A stretch of 64,000 bases of DNA from an uncultured Candidatus Saccharibacteria bacterium (GCA_964532425.1 CAZHIA010000007.1:64008-128007), one strand, 5' to 3'. Numbered from the stretch's first letter, positions 27,483-37,226 are shown. The notes: a model not told the origin generated them from the letters alone. Translations and numbers: made by a program.

Positions 27483-27707
27483 ATGAAGATTTCCATTACC
27501 GCCCATCCAAATAGCAAGAAACCGCGCATCGAGGGGGATAATCAAAACGGGTTGCACGTGTTTGTTAAAGAACCGCCTGTAGATGGCAAGGCCAACGAGG
27601 CCGTGCGGCGGGCACTGGCCGAATATTTTAAAGTTGCGCCTTCCTTGGTCACTTTGGTCCGTGGTGGGGGAGGGAAGAGGAAGGTGTTTGAAATTGATCA
27701 TGAGTGA
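27483..27707 (+). CDS. DUF167 (YggU) family protein
   Basis: It shows MKISI...KANEAVRRALAEYFKVAPSLVTLVRG...RKVFEI, which matches the UPF0235 pattern. Confidence 0.65.
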   Translation: MKISITAHPNSKKPRIEGDNQNGLHVFVKEPPVDGKANEAVRRALAEYFKVAPSLVTLVRGGGGKRKVFEIDHE

Positions 27708-27746
27708 CATGATTGATCAGGATTGACAAGATTGTTAACCCAATTC

Positions 27747-29303
27747 ATGTTCAATCATTTAAATCATTTAAGTCTTGTCACTGTGCCCTTGTCCAAATCC
27801 AAAATTTTCATCTTCATCTGCATTTCTTTCAGTGCCGGCATCGGCATTGCTTCGGTTATTACTATCGATCGGTTCATACTCTTTGCCTGGCTGGCCGCAG
27901 CGTGTACAATATTTGCCGTATGTTTTGGTCGCCACCGGAAGACAGCGCTGCTTGCGCTGTTTTTATTTTTTGCGGGTAGCGGAGCATGGCGGCTTTCAGC
28001 GGCTGTCGTGCAAAGCGAATATCAGGACCAGATCGGCTCTTCCGTGCAAATAGAAGGGTACATTGTTGCCGAGCCGGATGTGAGGCAGGATCGACAGTAT
28101 CTAGCGTTTCGTCCTGACGGCCACCGGCAGAACATCCAGCTGTTCATGCCGTTGTATGCGGAGTATGCATACGGCGACCGGGTGGTGGTCAAAGGCAAGC
28201 TCGCTGAGGCCAAGGTCTTCGAAGATTTTGACTATCGGGGGTACTTGCAGCGGTTTAATATTTTTGCGGTCATGAACCGCCCGCAGGTGCTCGTATTAAA
28301 ATCGGGGCAAGGCAATCCCGTTATCCAGGGCCTGCTGGCGGTCAAACATGCATTCGCCGCCAATGTGGCCCAAAAGTTCCGTGAACCGCATGGTAGCCTG
28401 CTGCTCGGTATACTTATTGGGGCCAAGAAGGCCATGCCGCAGCCGGTGCTCGATGATTTTGCCGCAACCGGGACTTCCCACATTGTTGCCGTGTCCGGTT
28501 ACAATATCAGCGTCATCGTCATGGCACTCGGATATTTGGCTTACGCAGTCGGCCGGCGCTGGAGCTTTGCGGCTGCCGCGGTGTTTATTATCGGTTTCGT
28601 AATCATCTCCGGAGCTTCCGCTTCGGTCGTGCGGGCTGCTGTTATGGGCAGCCTGTTAATGATTGCAATGGCCATTGGCAGGCAATATGCCGTGGGACCT
28701 GCCATGTTTGGGGCAGCCGCGTGCATGCTCTTCATCAATCCGAAAATTCTGTTTTATGATATCGGTTTTCAGTTATCGTTTGCCGCGACCATGGGCATTG
28801 TCTACTTTATGCCGCTGCTCGAGCGCCTCACGGAACACTGGCCGAAGCTGTGGACCGTCAAGAGTAATTTGCTGGTGACATTGTCGGCCACTGCTGCGAC
28901 GTTGCCGCTTTCGCTGGCTCACTTCGGCTTGTTGAGCATTGTCGCCCCGCTCGTGAATGTCCTGGTACTACCCATCGTGCCATATGCCATGCTGTATGGA
29001 TTTTTGTCGGCAGTGCCCATTGCCGGAACCGGATTCGCTTTTGTCACGAGTCTGGTATTGACCTACATATTGACGGTCATTACGTGGTTCGCCCGGTTGC
29101 CGTTCAGCCATGTCCAAATTGCCACGAGCGGATGGGTGGCAGCGCTGCTCTATGGCGTTTTAGTGTTAATATATTTTTCGCTGCGATGGATGGCGTTTAA
29201 GCGGGCGGTTAAAATGCAAGGATGTTCGCCGATCGCTGATAAAACGCTGACAGGTACGCCTGCCTGCTCGCCTCGCTTTCGCTCTGGCGAAGCGGGCCGG
29301 TAG
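27747..29303 (+). CDS. comEC: ComEC/Rec2 family competence channel protein (no beta-lactamase domain)
   Basis: It has multiple TM helices and the competence-domain motif TGTSHIVAVSGYNISVI. An N-terminal DUF4131-like segment is present. The start is uncertain: TTG 27723 versus ATG 27747. Confidence 0.7.
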   Translation: MFNHLNHLSLVTVPLSKSKIFIFICISFSAGIGIASVITIDRFILFAWLAAACTIFAVCFGRHRKTALLALFLFFAGSGAWRLSAAVVQSEYQDQIGSSVQIEGYIVAEPDVRQDRQYLAFRPDGHRQNIQLFMPLYAEYAYGDRVVVKGKLAEAKVFEDFDYRGYLQRFNIFAVMNRPQVLVLKSGQGNPVIQGLLAVKHAFAANVAQKFREPHGSLLLGILIGAKKAMPQPVLDDFAATGTSHIVAVSGYNISVIVMALGYLAYAVGRRWSFAAAAVFIIGFVIISGASASVVRAAVMGSLLMIAMAIGRQYAVGPAMFGAAACMLFINPKILFYDIGFQLSFAATMGIVYFMPLLERLTEHWPKLWTVKSNLLVTLSATAATLPLSLAHFGLLSIVAPLVNVLVLPIVPYAMLYGFLSAVPIAGTGFAFVTSLVLTYILTVITWFARLPFSHVQIATSGWVAALLYGVLVLIYFSLRWMAFKRAVKMQGCSPIADKTLTGTPACSPRFRSGEAGR

Positions 29304-29499
29304 GCAGGCTGAACTAACGCTGATAAGTTGTGCGAGTACTGAATTTATTACCACAATCAGGTTTGGTGAACATATCGTATTCAGCAATCTTTCGGCGTCG
29401 AAATCAGCGTGCATTCAGCGGTATGGGGTGTTTGCTCCTTGTCTGTCTATATGATAAAATCATTAAAGAATTCTTAAATACTAAGACTTTAAGGAACGC

Positions 29500-30288
29500 A
29501 TGTCAAACAAAACTCTCAGCATCATCGTAGCTGTGATTGTTATCCTGTTCGCAGGAGGAATATACGGCTACCGCGTCTATTCGAACAGGCAGGCAGCGGA
29601 AGTTGAAGGAACCGAACCGGAAGCCAGTACTCCACCCGGATCGACGGAACTCCAACAAGCGGCCCAGCAGCAAGCGACCACGACACCTCAACAACCAACT
29701 AATCAACCAGCCATGAATCAGCCCACTGCCGGCAACTGCCAACGCAATTTTAATCCGGACACATTAAAGAATGCCAAAGTTGACATTGCCAATCGCACCG
29801 TCGAGATGGACATTAAAGATTTTGGCAAAGTCCAGGTGCAGCTGTACGACAAGGATGCACCTAAGACCGTGGAGAACTTTTTGCGGCTGACTAATGCCGG
29901 TTACTATAACTGCCTGACCTTCCACCGCATCGCCCAGGACTTCGTCATTCAAGGAGGGGACCCGACCGGAACCGGTTCGGGAGGGGATAGCGCCTTCGGC
30001 GGTGAATTTGCGGACGAGCTAAATCCGGAAACGCCGAGCTATAAAGCCGGGTATGTTAAAGGCGTCCTGGCCATGGCTAATCGCGGACCGAATACCAACA
30101 CCAGCCAGTTCTTCATTATGCTAGCAGACCGTCCGTTGCCGAATAACTATACTATTTTCGGAAAAGTCATAGCCGGTCAGGATGTCGTCGACAAGATCGG
30201 CAAAGTGCCGGTTACTCCTCAAATGGGTCCGACCGATGGAGCTCCCAAAGTTCCGGTGGTTATGGAGAGTGTTAAGATTATCAAGTAG
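29500..30288 (+). CDS. peptidyl-prolyl cis-trans isomerase, cyclophilin type, with N-terminal membrane anchor
   Basis: It has the FHRIAQDFVIQGGDPTGTGSGG and SQFFIML cyclophilin motifs and an N-terminal TM helix. Confidence 0.85.
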   Translation: MSNKTLSIIVAVIVILFAGGIYGYRVYSNRQAAEVEGTEPEASTPPGSTELQQAAQQQATTTPQQPTNQPAMNQPTAGNCQRNFNPDTLKNAKVDIANRTVEMDIKDFGKVQVQLYDKDAPKTVENFLRLTNAGYYNCLTFHRIAQDFVIQGGDPTGTGSGGDSAFGGEFADELNPETPSYKAGYVKGVLAMANRGPNTNTSQFFIMLADRPLPNNYTIFGKVIAGQDVVDKIGKVPVTPQMGPTDGAPKVPVVMESVKIIK

Positions 30289-30379
30289 CATTTAACATTT
30301 AACACCTGACATTTAACCTTTGACAGCTGCAATTGCAGGAAGTCAAATGTCACATGTCATATGTCAAAGGTTTTCTAAA
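30289..30379 (+). promoter_or_regulatory. conserved leader element, copy B (upstream of ndk)
   Basis: It has ACATTTAAC repeated three times, CCTTTGACA, the heptamers ATGTCAC ATGTCAT ATGTCA, and then GTCAAAGGTTTTCT before the ATG. CCTTTGAC and GTCAAAGG can pair. Confidence 0.5.
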
Positions 30380-30874
30380 ATGGAACGATCACTCGTTTTG
30401 CTCAAACCCGATGCGGTTGACCGCGGACTCGTCGGAGAAATTATCCAGCGCTTCGAGCGCGTGGGTCTCAAGATCGCCGGTTTAAAAATGCTCCACCCCA
30501 AGCGCGAGCATGCCGAGAAACATTATACGGAAGATCTGACCATCCGCCGCGGGCAGCATGTCCGTGACCTTATGATCGAGATGTTGACTTCAGGTCCTAT
30601 CGTAGCCGTATGCCTGGAAGGCGTAGAAGCGGTGGAACTGGTCCGTAAGATGGTCGGCACCACCGAGCCGAAGTCTGCCGCTCCGGGAACCATCCGCGGC
30701 GATTACGCGCATGTCTCGTTCAAGCACGCGGATGAAAAGAAGATCGGCGTGTATAATCTCATTCATGCCTCCGGCAGCGTTGAAGAAGCCAAGCAGGAAG
30801 TGGATGTCTGGTTCGCGCCGGAAGAGCTTGTTGACCATAAACCGGCGTATACGCAGAAGACGATAGCGTACTAG
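30380..30874 (+). CDS. ndk: nucleoside diphosphate kinase
   Basis: It has ERSLVLLKPDAV, GLVGEII.RFE and the active-site region NLIHASGSVEEA. The start follows the conserved leader element. Confidence 0.85.
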   Translation: MERSLVLLKPDAVDRGLVGEIIQRFERVGLKIAGLKMLHPKREHAEKHYTEDLTIRRGQHVRDLMIEMLTSGPIVAVCLEGVEAVELVRKMVGTTEPKSAAPGTIRGDYAHVSFKHADEKKIGVYNLIHASGSVEEAKQEVDVWFAPEELVDHKPAYTQKTIAY

Positions 30875-30913
30875 GGGACAAGTAAGGAGTAAATAGTAAA
30901 CAGCGATAAGTAG

Positions 30914-30984
30914 GGGCGGGCATTGCCCGCCCTTTAAAGTTTCAAAAACAGCCATATTTATTAATAATATGGCTGTTTTTTGGT
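30914..30984 (+). terminator. tandem terminators after ndk
   Basis: A GGGCGGGCATTGCCCGCCC hairpin is followed by AAAAACAGCCATATTTATTAATAATATGGCTGTTTTTT. Confidence 0.65.
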
Positions 30985-31049
30985 TATTGACATTTTGCCT
31001 AAAAAATGCTATAATTATAGGAAAATTTGAACTGGAGGGTTTAAATCAT

Positions 31050-31295
31050 ATGTCTCGCAAAGAGAAGATTTTTGAAGCCGCGGTGTACAGTTTAATCGCG
31101 GCTAGTGTCCTTTTCATCGGCCTCTTGGCAATCACTGCCCCTCACAATCCGCAGCTGGCCAACCGCCCGGCTGCGACTACGGCCGTCCAGAAGAAAGAAG
31201 CACCGAAAAGACAAGGTATGTCTGACGCGGCCATCGTCGGCGCCACGCTCGGCGGCCCTGAAGGTATGATGGCAGCCGAACTGCTCTTTAACTAG
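31050..31295 (+). CDS. hypothetical small membrane protein
   Basis: It is 81 aa with a GGAGGG RBS and one TM helix. Confidence 0.4.
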   Translation: MSRKEKIFEAAVYSLIAASVLFIGLLAITAPHNPQLANRPAATTAVQKKEAPKRQGMSDAAIVGATLGGPEGMMAAELLFN

Positions 31296-31396
31296 TTCGG
31301 TACGAGACATTCGCACCAGTCCCGAACATCGCTTCGGGACCATTCTTGAGCCTATTTGTGCAAACGGGCTCAAGAGTGAACAGGAGGAATTTTAGA
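31296..31396 (+). promoter_or_regulatory. conserved structured leader, copy 1 (paralog array)
   Basis: The hairpin GTCCCGAA...CTTCGGGACC is followed by TTCTTGAGC-hairpin-GCTCAAGAGTG and then AGGAGG. The same architecture appears at 32348-32441 and 32901-33008. Confidence 0.45.
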
Positions 31397-31894
31397 ATGG
31401 AAAACCGGAATGAGTTGCCAGCAGGCTTTGATGACGGCTTTTGGGCCCTCGTCGGTGTTTGTTTTTTAGTCTCCCTGCTCTTCTGGATCGGTGTATGGGA
31501 CTTCCAGGAGTATCTGAAGTCTTTCAGCACCGAGGCAATCCACGTGAACGCGGTTGTCGCCGGCAAGGGCGACATACAGCGCTTTAACCTTGAGCAGGGT
31601 GCCACGACGGGCACTGCTGTGGCTGTAGGTACAGCCTTGGCCGGTGGCAGCAAGAAAGCCGTTGCGATCAATGGCATCGCGAGCACACTCACCTCGGGGT
31701 TTCTTTCTGCCGAAGGCTGCCGCATGCCGCTCACTGTAGAAGGTGAACCCAAGCTCCTCAAAGCGCCGGAAGAAGCATGCAAATCCGGTAAGTTTCCGGC
31801 CGGTACTGCTGTGACCATCAAAAAGGTCACGGAGTACCGTAGTCTCGGTGATCCGCACACCAAGACCGTCAACAAGGTCTGGTACGAGTGGTAA
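31397..31894 (+). CDS. membrane-anchored small protein, paralog family member
   Basis: It has an AGGAGG RBS, an N-terminal TM and a beta-rich domain. Its leader is conserved with the next two paralogs. Confidence 0.45.
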   Translation: MENRNELPAGFDDGFWALVGVCFLVSLLFWIGVWDFQEYLKSFSTEAIHVNAVVAGKGDIQRFNLEQGATTGTAVAVGTALAGGSKKAVAINGIASTLTSGFLSAEGCRMPLTVEGEPKLLKAPEEACKSGKFPAGTAVTIKKVTEYRSLGDPHTKTVNKVWYEW

Positions 31895-31927
31895 CCAGGT
31901 ATTCAATCGGATTTCCGGAGGCATGAT

Positions 31928-32347
31928 ATGACCGATTTCTTGAATGAATTATTCGAATCAATCTCGTTCATGTGGTCTGATGGTGCGCCTGGCAAGGTAG
32001 TTACGGTTTTGGTCCTAGCCGTATTAGTGATACTTGCTGGATTGGTGGCGTGGGGGCTATACGCGCTGCTGGAGTCGGCGTTCATATCGACCCGCGCTGC
32101 CATTGGTACGGTGGTAAAGAAGGAATATCAACCGGAGACCAGTGACTACATTTATATCGATGGAATTCCGTATCCTTCCACTTCCGGCCCCTCTTATAAC
32201 CTCCTTGTTGAAACGCAAGGGGAATATGGGTGGATTTCCGTAACGCCGGAGTTCTATACCAAGGTCAAGGTCGGCAGACAAGTCCGCGTCGCTATCGGAC
32301 ACGGCCGGCTTACCGGTAAGTTGCAAGTAAAGCAGATTTATGGCTAA
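31928..32347 (+). CDS. membrane-anchored small protein, paralog family member
   Basis: An N-terminal TM is followed by a domain ending ...GKLQVKQIYG, similar to the 33009 protein, which ends ...EIKVIQIYA. Confidence 0.45.
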   Translation: MTDFLNELFESISFMWSDGAPGKVVTVLVLAVLVILAGLVAWGLYALLESAFISTRAAIGTVVKKEYQPETSDYIYIDGIPYPSTSGPSYNLLVETQGEYGWISVTPEFYTKVKVGRQVRVAIGHGRLTGKLQVKQIYG

Positions 32348-32441
32348 CCAGCCGTCGTCTGTATCCCCAAGCTGAGCGCTTGGGGACCTTTCTCCAGTCT
32401 CCCGAAGGGGGATTGAAGATTGGTACCCTTAAGGAGGGAAT
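32348..32441 (+). promoter_or_regulatory. conserved structured leader, copy 2
   Basis: It reads CCCCAAGC...GCTTGGGGACCTTTCTCCAG...GATTGAAGATTGGTAC...AAGGAGG. Confidence 0.45.
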
Positions 32442-32900
32442 ATGGATATGATTTTTTCGATTGTTGTCGGACTCGTGATCTACGTGCTTGGGTATTGGCT
32501 CATCGGGCTTCCTATGGCCCGAAAAGGCCTGGAAGTATGGAAGAGGAGCTACCCGACCGGGAGCAATGGCGGATTTTGGGGATTCATTCTTTTCCCGGTG
32601 ATGAGTTCCGAGGGAAATGTGGGTAGCATCTGTCAATCGACGTTTTTGATGAGCACGATTGGGAGCTTTGACCTATTCAGCTGTTGGGAAAATGAACGCC
32701 TTGAAGCGGAACACAAGTACATTACCGCTTCGGCTGCGTTTTGGCCATCGCGTATAGCGTTCAATCTGATCGCGATGGCGGTCATGACCGTCTTAGGCCT
32801 ATTGGGTCTGGTCTTAATGGCCTTCATTGAAGGTCTGCCGGCACTGGCCTCAAAGGCGTACAAGTCCGTGACCGGCCAGCGGGCTACGACAAGCAGTTGA
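32442..32900 (+). CDS. hypothetical multi-pass membrane protein
   Basis: It has an AAGGAGG RBS and 3-4 TM helices. Confidence 0.45.
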   Translation: MDMIFSIVVGLVIYVLGYWLIGLPMARKGLEVWKRSYPTGSNGGFWGFILFPVMSSEGNVGSICQSTFLMSTIGSFDLFSCWENERLEAEHKYITASAAFWPSRIAFNLIAMAVMTVLGLLGLVLMAFIEGLPALASKAYKSVTGQRATTSS

Positions 32901-33008
32901 CGTCAATCGGACAACGGCACCCGAAGCTTCGGCTTCGGGACCTTTCTTGAGTCCACAAGACTTGTGGGTTCAAGATTGGTACAGAAACCAAAAAAGGAGG
33001 ACTTGAAT
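32901..33008 (+). promoter_or_regulatory. conserved structured leader, copy 3
   Basis: It reads CCCGAAGCTTCGGCTTCGGGACCTTTCTTGAG...TTCAAGATTGGTAC...AAGGAGG. Confidence 0.45.
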
Positions 33009-33494
33009 ATGAAGAGCGGATCTGATTTTGATTCCGTGTGGTCTGCCCTGCGTGAAATGGTTTCGGTCCTCTATGGACTGGTAGTTACATACGCGCTGTT
33101 TATCGCGGGTATCTACCAAAGTGGAGGATGGTGGCGGGTGGTCGCGGTTGTTGTAGCAATCGCTACTCTTTTGCTGATCGTGGCGTGCGTGATCGCATTC
33201 AGCGTGATGCTGGACAAGGCTTGGTTGCCGGTCCGGCAGGCAAAAGCCATACTGCTCCGCAAAGACAGTCCGGTAGGCTCGGCTTCGGTGGAATATGCAG
33301 GCCAAAGGGTACAGGTGGGCGTCATCGTCGAGGTGACCGGATTCAACCTATTATTTGGCCTCCCGGAAGGCAGGGCCTGGGTTGAGGTGCCGGTTGAGGT
33401 CTACCAATACCTTGCGCTCGGCAAATACTACCGCGTGGACTATACGCGGACCCGCTGGGGCGGGGAGATCAAGGTCATCCAAATCTACGCTTAG
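33009..33494 (+). CDS. membrane-anchored small protein, paralog of 31928..32347
   Basis: It has an AAGGAGG RBS and a TM followed by a domain with a conserved C-terminal ...IQIYA. Confidence 0.45.
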   Translation: MKSGSDFDSVWSALREMVSVLYGLVVTYALFIAGIYQSGGWWRVVAVVVAIATLLLIVACVIAFSVMLDKAWLPVRQAKAILLRKDSPVGSASVEYAGQRVQVGVIVEVTGFNLLFGLPEGRAWVEVPVEVYQYLALGKYYRVDYTRTRWGGEIKVIQIYA

Positions 33495-33571
33495 GCCGGT
33501 ACGAAGGTGCCGGTCTTTTCTTATTGCTGTTTTTTCAGCGGTCTGGTAGAATGGTCCTTCAAGGAGGAACC

Positions 33572-33865
33572 ATGAATTTGCATCTGCCTACTTGGTGGGA
33601 CATTTTCAGCCAGGCGGGGATACTCCTCAGTGTAGTCGGATATCTCATGCTAGCCAAAAAGAACAGATGGGGCTGGGTTATTGGCCTCGCTTCGCAGCCG
33701 TTCTGGTTTTATTCATCCATTACCAACCATCAGATTGGGATCATAATAAACACGGTATTCTTTTCCGCTGCCCAGCTCTACGGTATCTGGAAATGGTTCG
33801 GTCACAATCCGGAATGCGAGGGAAAAAAGCTGGTTCTTCAGACTGCCAAAGACGAGGTTGTGTAG
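33572..33865 (+). CDS. hypothetical small membrane protein
   Basis: It has a promoter-like TAGAAT box and an AAGGAGG RBS, and three predicted TM helices. Confidence 0.4.
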   Translation: MNLHLPTWWDIFSQAGILLSVVGYLMLAKKNRWGWVIGLASQPFWFYSSITNHQIGIIINTVFFSAAQLYGIWKWFGHNPECEGKKLVLQTAKDEVV

Positions 33866-34081
33866 TCATGTTTGAAGAACCGGATACACCTCCGCAAAAT
33901 CGTTTTCCGGCGGGACTGGCGCTTCCCACAATTTTGGCAGTGCTCGCTATTGCGGCGATCGTGGTTTTCTATGCCGCGGCCCATTGATGCGCGTACCTCT
34001 TGCCTTGCCTTGTAATCGGGGCAGGGCTTTTATAAACAACAAAGACCGGTTTTGAACCGGTCCCTGCTTCAGCGTTAATTC

Positions 34082-34105
34082 AGCCTGCCTACCGGCAGGC
34101 AGGCG
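34082..34105. repeat. REP-like palindrome GCCTGCCTACCGGCAGGCAGGC
   Basis: It is near-identical to 48967-48990, with degenerate copies at 10865-10890 and 53795-53815. Confidence 0.5.
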
Positions 34106-34130
34106 TACCTGTCAGCGCATGATCAGCGGT

Positions 34131-35636
34131 TTATTTCTTGCGAAAAAATCTCGGTAGTTTGAAGTCCTGCAATTTGAGTTCCTTAACGCGCTGGATAATG
34201 CCTTTGTCATGCTCGTTAAGGTAGTGGCGGATTTTGTTGCGCGCACTGCTGGTCTTGGCTGCAGCCAGCCAGTCGCGGGAAATGACTGCCTCTTTTTTTG
34301 ACTTGATGATTTCGACCACGTCGCCTTTGTTGAGTTCGTCGGTGATTTTTGCCATCTTGCCGTTGACCTTGGCGCCCATCATGTGGTAGCCGAGGTCGCT
34401 GTGTACCGCAAAAGCAAAATCAATAACCGTGGCGCCGACCGGCAGGTCTTTAATGTCGCCTTGCGGTGTAAAGACAAAAATGCGGTCACGGAAAAAGTCG
34501 ATTTTTAGACTTTCTAAATATTCTTCCGGGTCCGTGGTTTCTTCCTGCCAGGATTGCAATTCTTTGATCCAGTTGGCCTGCAGGCGGCCGGCCTCTTCCG
34601 GTTTGCCTTCCTCAGTATAGAACCAGTGGGCGGCAATGCCGCGCTCCGCCTCTTCGTGCATAAGGTCGGTGCGAATCTGTAATTCAAACACGTTCCCGTG
34701 CTGGTCGAACACGGTGGTGTGCAGGCTCTGGTAGCCGTTTGGCTTGGGCGTGCTGATAAAATCCTTAATGCGTCCCGGCACCGGCTGGAAGTGCTTATGG
34801 ATGATCCCTAAAATAGCGTAGCAATCAGCCGTGGATTTGGAGATGATGCGTAAGGCGATAATATCGTAAATTTTCGTGATATCGCCGTCATACTTTTTGA
34901 GTTTGTTGAACAGGGAATAGAGCCGTTTAACGCGACCGGAAATTTCCATGTATTTCTGTCCTTCTGTCCTGAAAATGTGCGCGAGCTTCTTTTCCATGTC
35001 CTTCAGAGACTCTTCGCGTTTCTGCAAGGCCTCTTCCAGCTTATTCTTAGTCTCGGCATATTCCTTCGGGTACACGATCTCGAACGCCAGGTCTTCCAGC
35101 TCGTCTTTCCAAGCTCCAATGCCCAGGCGTCCGGCAATGGGCGCATACATCTCCAGCGTCTCCAGTGCCACCTTGTGCTGCTTCTGCGGCGGGAGATGTT
35201 CAATGGTTCGCATGTTGTGGAGCCGGTCGGCCAACTTGATGAGAATGACGCGCACGTCTTCGCCCGTGGCGATGAACAACTTGCGCAGGTTTTCCACGTA
35301 CATCTTGTCTTTGGCTTCCTTCAGCCGGACCTGACCGAGCTTGGTTACGCCGTCAATGAGCCGGGCGACCTCTTCTCCGAATTTTTCTTTGATAGTGTCC
35401 AGAGTGACTTGGGTATCTTCCGGAACATCATGCATTAGTGTTGCTGCCAGTGTCGGTACGTCCGGAAAAATCTGTCCGAGAATAATAGCTGCACCTTGCG
35501 GATGGACGAAGTAGTCTTCGCCGCTCTTGCGTTTCTGTCCGTCGTGGGCATTTTGGGCAAGATCAAAAGCGTCCTGAAGGATCTTTTCTTCCTCTGGAGA
35601 GAATTTATGCGGGATACTTTTGAGAAAATTGTCCAT
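34131..35636 (-). CDS. RelA/SpoT family (p)ppGpp synthetase/hydrolase (HD + synthetase + TGS, no ACT/C-terminal domains)
   Basis: It has the HD motif MHDVPEDT, the synthetase motif GYQSLHTTV and a TGS region. It is 501 aa. Confidence 0.8.
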   Translation of the reverse strand: MDNFLKSIPHKFSPEEEKILQDAFDLAQNAHDGQKRKSGEDYFVHPQGAAIILGQIFPDVPTLAATLMHDVPEDTQVTLDTIKEKFGEEVARLIDGVTKLGQVRLKEAKDKMYVENLRKLFIATGEDVRVILIKLADRLHNMRTIEHLPPQKQHKVALETLEMYAPIAGRLGIGAWKDELEDLAFEIVYPKEYAETKNKLEEALQKREESLKDMEKKLAHIFRTEGQKYMEISGRVKRLYSLFNKLKKYDGDITKIYDIIALRIISKSTADCYAILGIIHKHFQPVPGRIKDFISTPKPNGYQSLHTTVFDQHGNVFELQIRTDLMHEEAERGIAAHWFYTEEGKPEEAGRLQANWIKELQSWQEETTDPEEYLESLKIDFFRDRIFVFTPQGDIKDLPVGATVIDFAFAVHSDLGYHMMGAKVNGKMAKITDELNKGDVVEIIKSKKEAVISRDWLAAAKTSSARNKIRHYLNEHDKGIIQRVKELKLQDFKLPRFFRKK

Positions 35637-35916
35637 AGAAACATTTGGAGAGACAACCTAAAGGTTTTCTCTTCCAATACCTCTCTTTCCAATATAGGAT
35701 TCTCGGGTGCGAAGTAAATTCGACACCCTCGAAGCTATAGATATTATGACGGAAATTAAGGAGGTTATCAAATTTATATGGTACGGATGTTAGTGTAGGG
35801 GAGGGTTCCTCCTACGCTAAAGCTTCGGCGGACAAGCGCGACCGGCCCGTACGGCGCTAAAAGAAACTATTTTATCAAAAAGAACCACCACAAAAAGAGT
35901 ATGTGTGGTGGTTTGA

Positions 35917-36135
35917 TCAAATGGCGATCGAGGGAATGTCGGCGGAGAACAACGGGCGCTGCTTGCGGGCGTCCTTAGCTGCACCGGCGACACTGTACTT
36001 AAAAATGCGGATGTGCTTACGCGGCGCTTTCTGCTTACCGCTTAGTCTGCCGGTGTGAAAGTCCGAGTAGATCCGGTGCAGCGGTACCCCAAGCTGCTCG
36101 GCAGCTTCCTTAGGCGGGATTCCCTGCTTGGCCAT
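35917..36135 (-). CDS. helix-turn-helix DNA-binding protein
   Basis: It has an AAGGAGG RBS and the HTH-like segment KEAAEQLGVPLHRIYSDFHTGRL. Its own rho-independent terminator lies downstream on the minus strand. Confidence 0.5.
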   Translation of the reverse strand: MAKQGIPPKEAAEQLGVPLHRIYSDFHTGRLSGKQKAPRKHIRIFKYSVAGAAKDARKQRPLFSADIPSIAI

Positions 36136-36188
36136 GATATACCTCCTTGGTATAATTGGTGTAGTAATTTCAAGCATTTATAATTGGC

Positions 36189-36269
36189 GTCATCCTGAGT
36201 CCCGAATGCATCTGAGGGCGAAGGATCTCAAATGAGATTCTTCGGTCGTCTGACTTCCTCAGAATGACG
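36189..36269. repeat. MITE-like element, variant termini GTCATCCTGAG...CTCAGAATGAC
   Basis: It is an 81-bp element with the internal inverted repeat GAAGGATCTC...GAGATTCTTC, and sits immediately upstream of fpg. Confidence 0.5.
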
Positions 36270-36287
36270 CTGTGTAAACAAATCCCT

Positions 36288-37214
36288 ATGCCAGAGCTTC
36301 CTGAAGTTCAAACCATTGTAACCGAACTGAATAGAAAACTCAAGGGCCGGAAAATTCAGGCCGTGAAAGTCAATGCCCCGAAGATGATCAGTATCGGCCC
36401 CCATACGGTCAGTAATGTCAGAACAGTTAAAAGTTCTCAAGTTATCAAGTTTCAAGAACTGCTCAAAGGGTTAAAGATTGAAAGTGTCAGGCGCCGGGCC
36501 AAGCTTTTGATTTTTGATTTGTCTAGCCCACTTTCCATGCTGGTACATTTAAAAATGACCGGACAGTTTATTTTCGAGGACCAGGCCCAGTACAAAAAAA
36601 CTGGCGGCAAGTATCGCATTCTCAACAAATTGAATGCGCCTCTCGTGGAATTGCCTTCTAAACATACTCATGTCGTGTTTGATTTTACTGACGGATCGCA
36701 TTTATATTTTAATGACGTGCGGAAGTTCGGGTACTTGAAACTGGTGCCGGATGACGAGATAGATAAGGTAAAAGATCTCAAGGGGTACGGGCCTGAACCA
36801 CTGGATAAAAAGTTCACTTATGGTCTCTTTGCGGAAATTATGAAGCGGCGGCCGAACGGCAAAATCAAGCAGGTACTTATGGATTCAATGCTGATTGCCG
36901 GCATCGGAAATATTTATAGCGACGAGATCCTTTTTCATGCCAGGGTTCGTCCGGTGCGCACTATTTCATCATTGACTGAAAAAGAATTGAAGGCTGTCTA
37001 TAAGTATATCCCGATCGTACTCAAGAAGGGGATTGAGGCCAAAGGTTCTTCGGTCGGTGATTTTATCCGCACTGACGGTAGTTGGGGGCAGATGGGTAAA
37101 TTCCACTACGTCTATGGCCGCGGCGGCCTACCCTGTAAAAAATGCGGCACCACCATCGAAACCGTTAAGATGAACGGCCGGACAGGGAGTTTTTGCTCTC
37201 ATTGCCAAAAATAA
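36288..37214 (+). CDS. mutM: formamidopyrimidine-DNA glycosylase (Fpg/Nei family)
   Basis: The N-terminus is MPELPEV, with the catalytic Pro2. It has an H2TH domain and a C-terminal zinc finger CKKCG...CSHCQ. Confidence 0.8.
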   Translation: MPELPEVQTIVTELNRKLKGRKIQAVKVNAPKMISIGPHTVSNVRTVKSSQVIKFQELLKGLKIESVRRRAKLLIFDLSSPLSMLVHLKMTGQFIFEDQAQYKKTGGKYRILNKLNAPLVELPSKHTHVVFDFTDGSHLYFNDVRKFGYLKLVPDDEIDKVKDLKGYGPEPLDKKFTYGLFAEIMKRRPNGKIKQVLMDSMLIAGIGNIYSDEILFHARVRPVRTISSLTEKELKAVYKYIPIVLKKGIEAKGSSVGDFIRTDGSWGQMGKFHYVYGRGGLPCKKCGTTIETVKMNGRTGSFCSHCQK

Positions 37215-37226
37215 TTCGCTTCTATT

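Noticed and set aside
35778-35798. 6-codon uORF (MVRMLV) behind a strong AAGGAGG RBS
   Set aside because: It is too short to support a call, and it may be a fortuitous SD-like sequence in the relA/HTH intergenic region.
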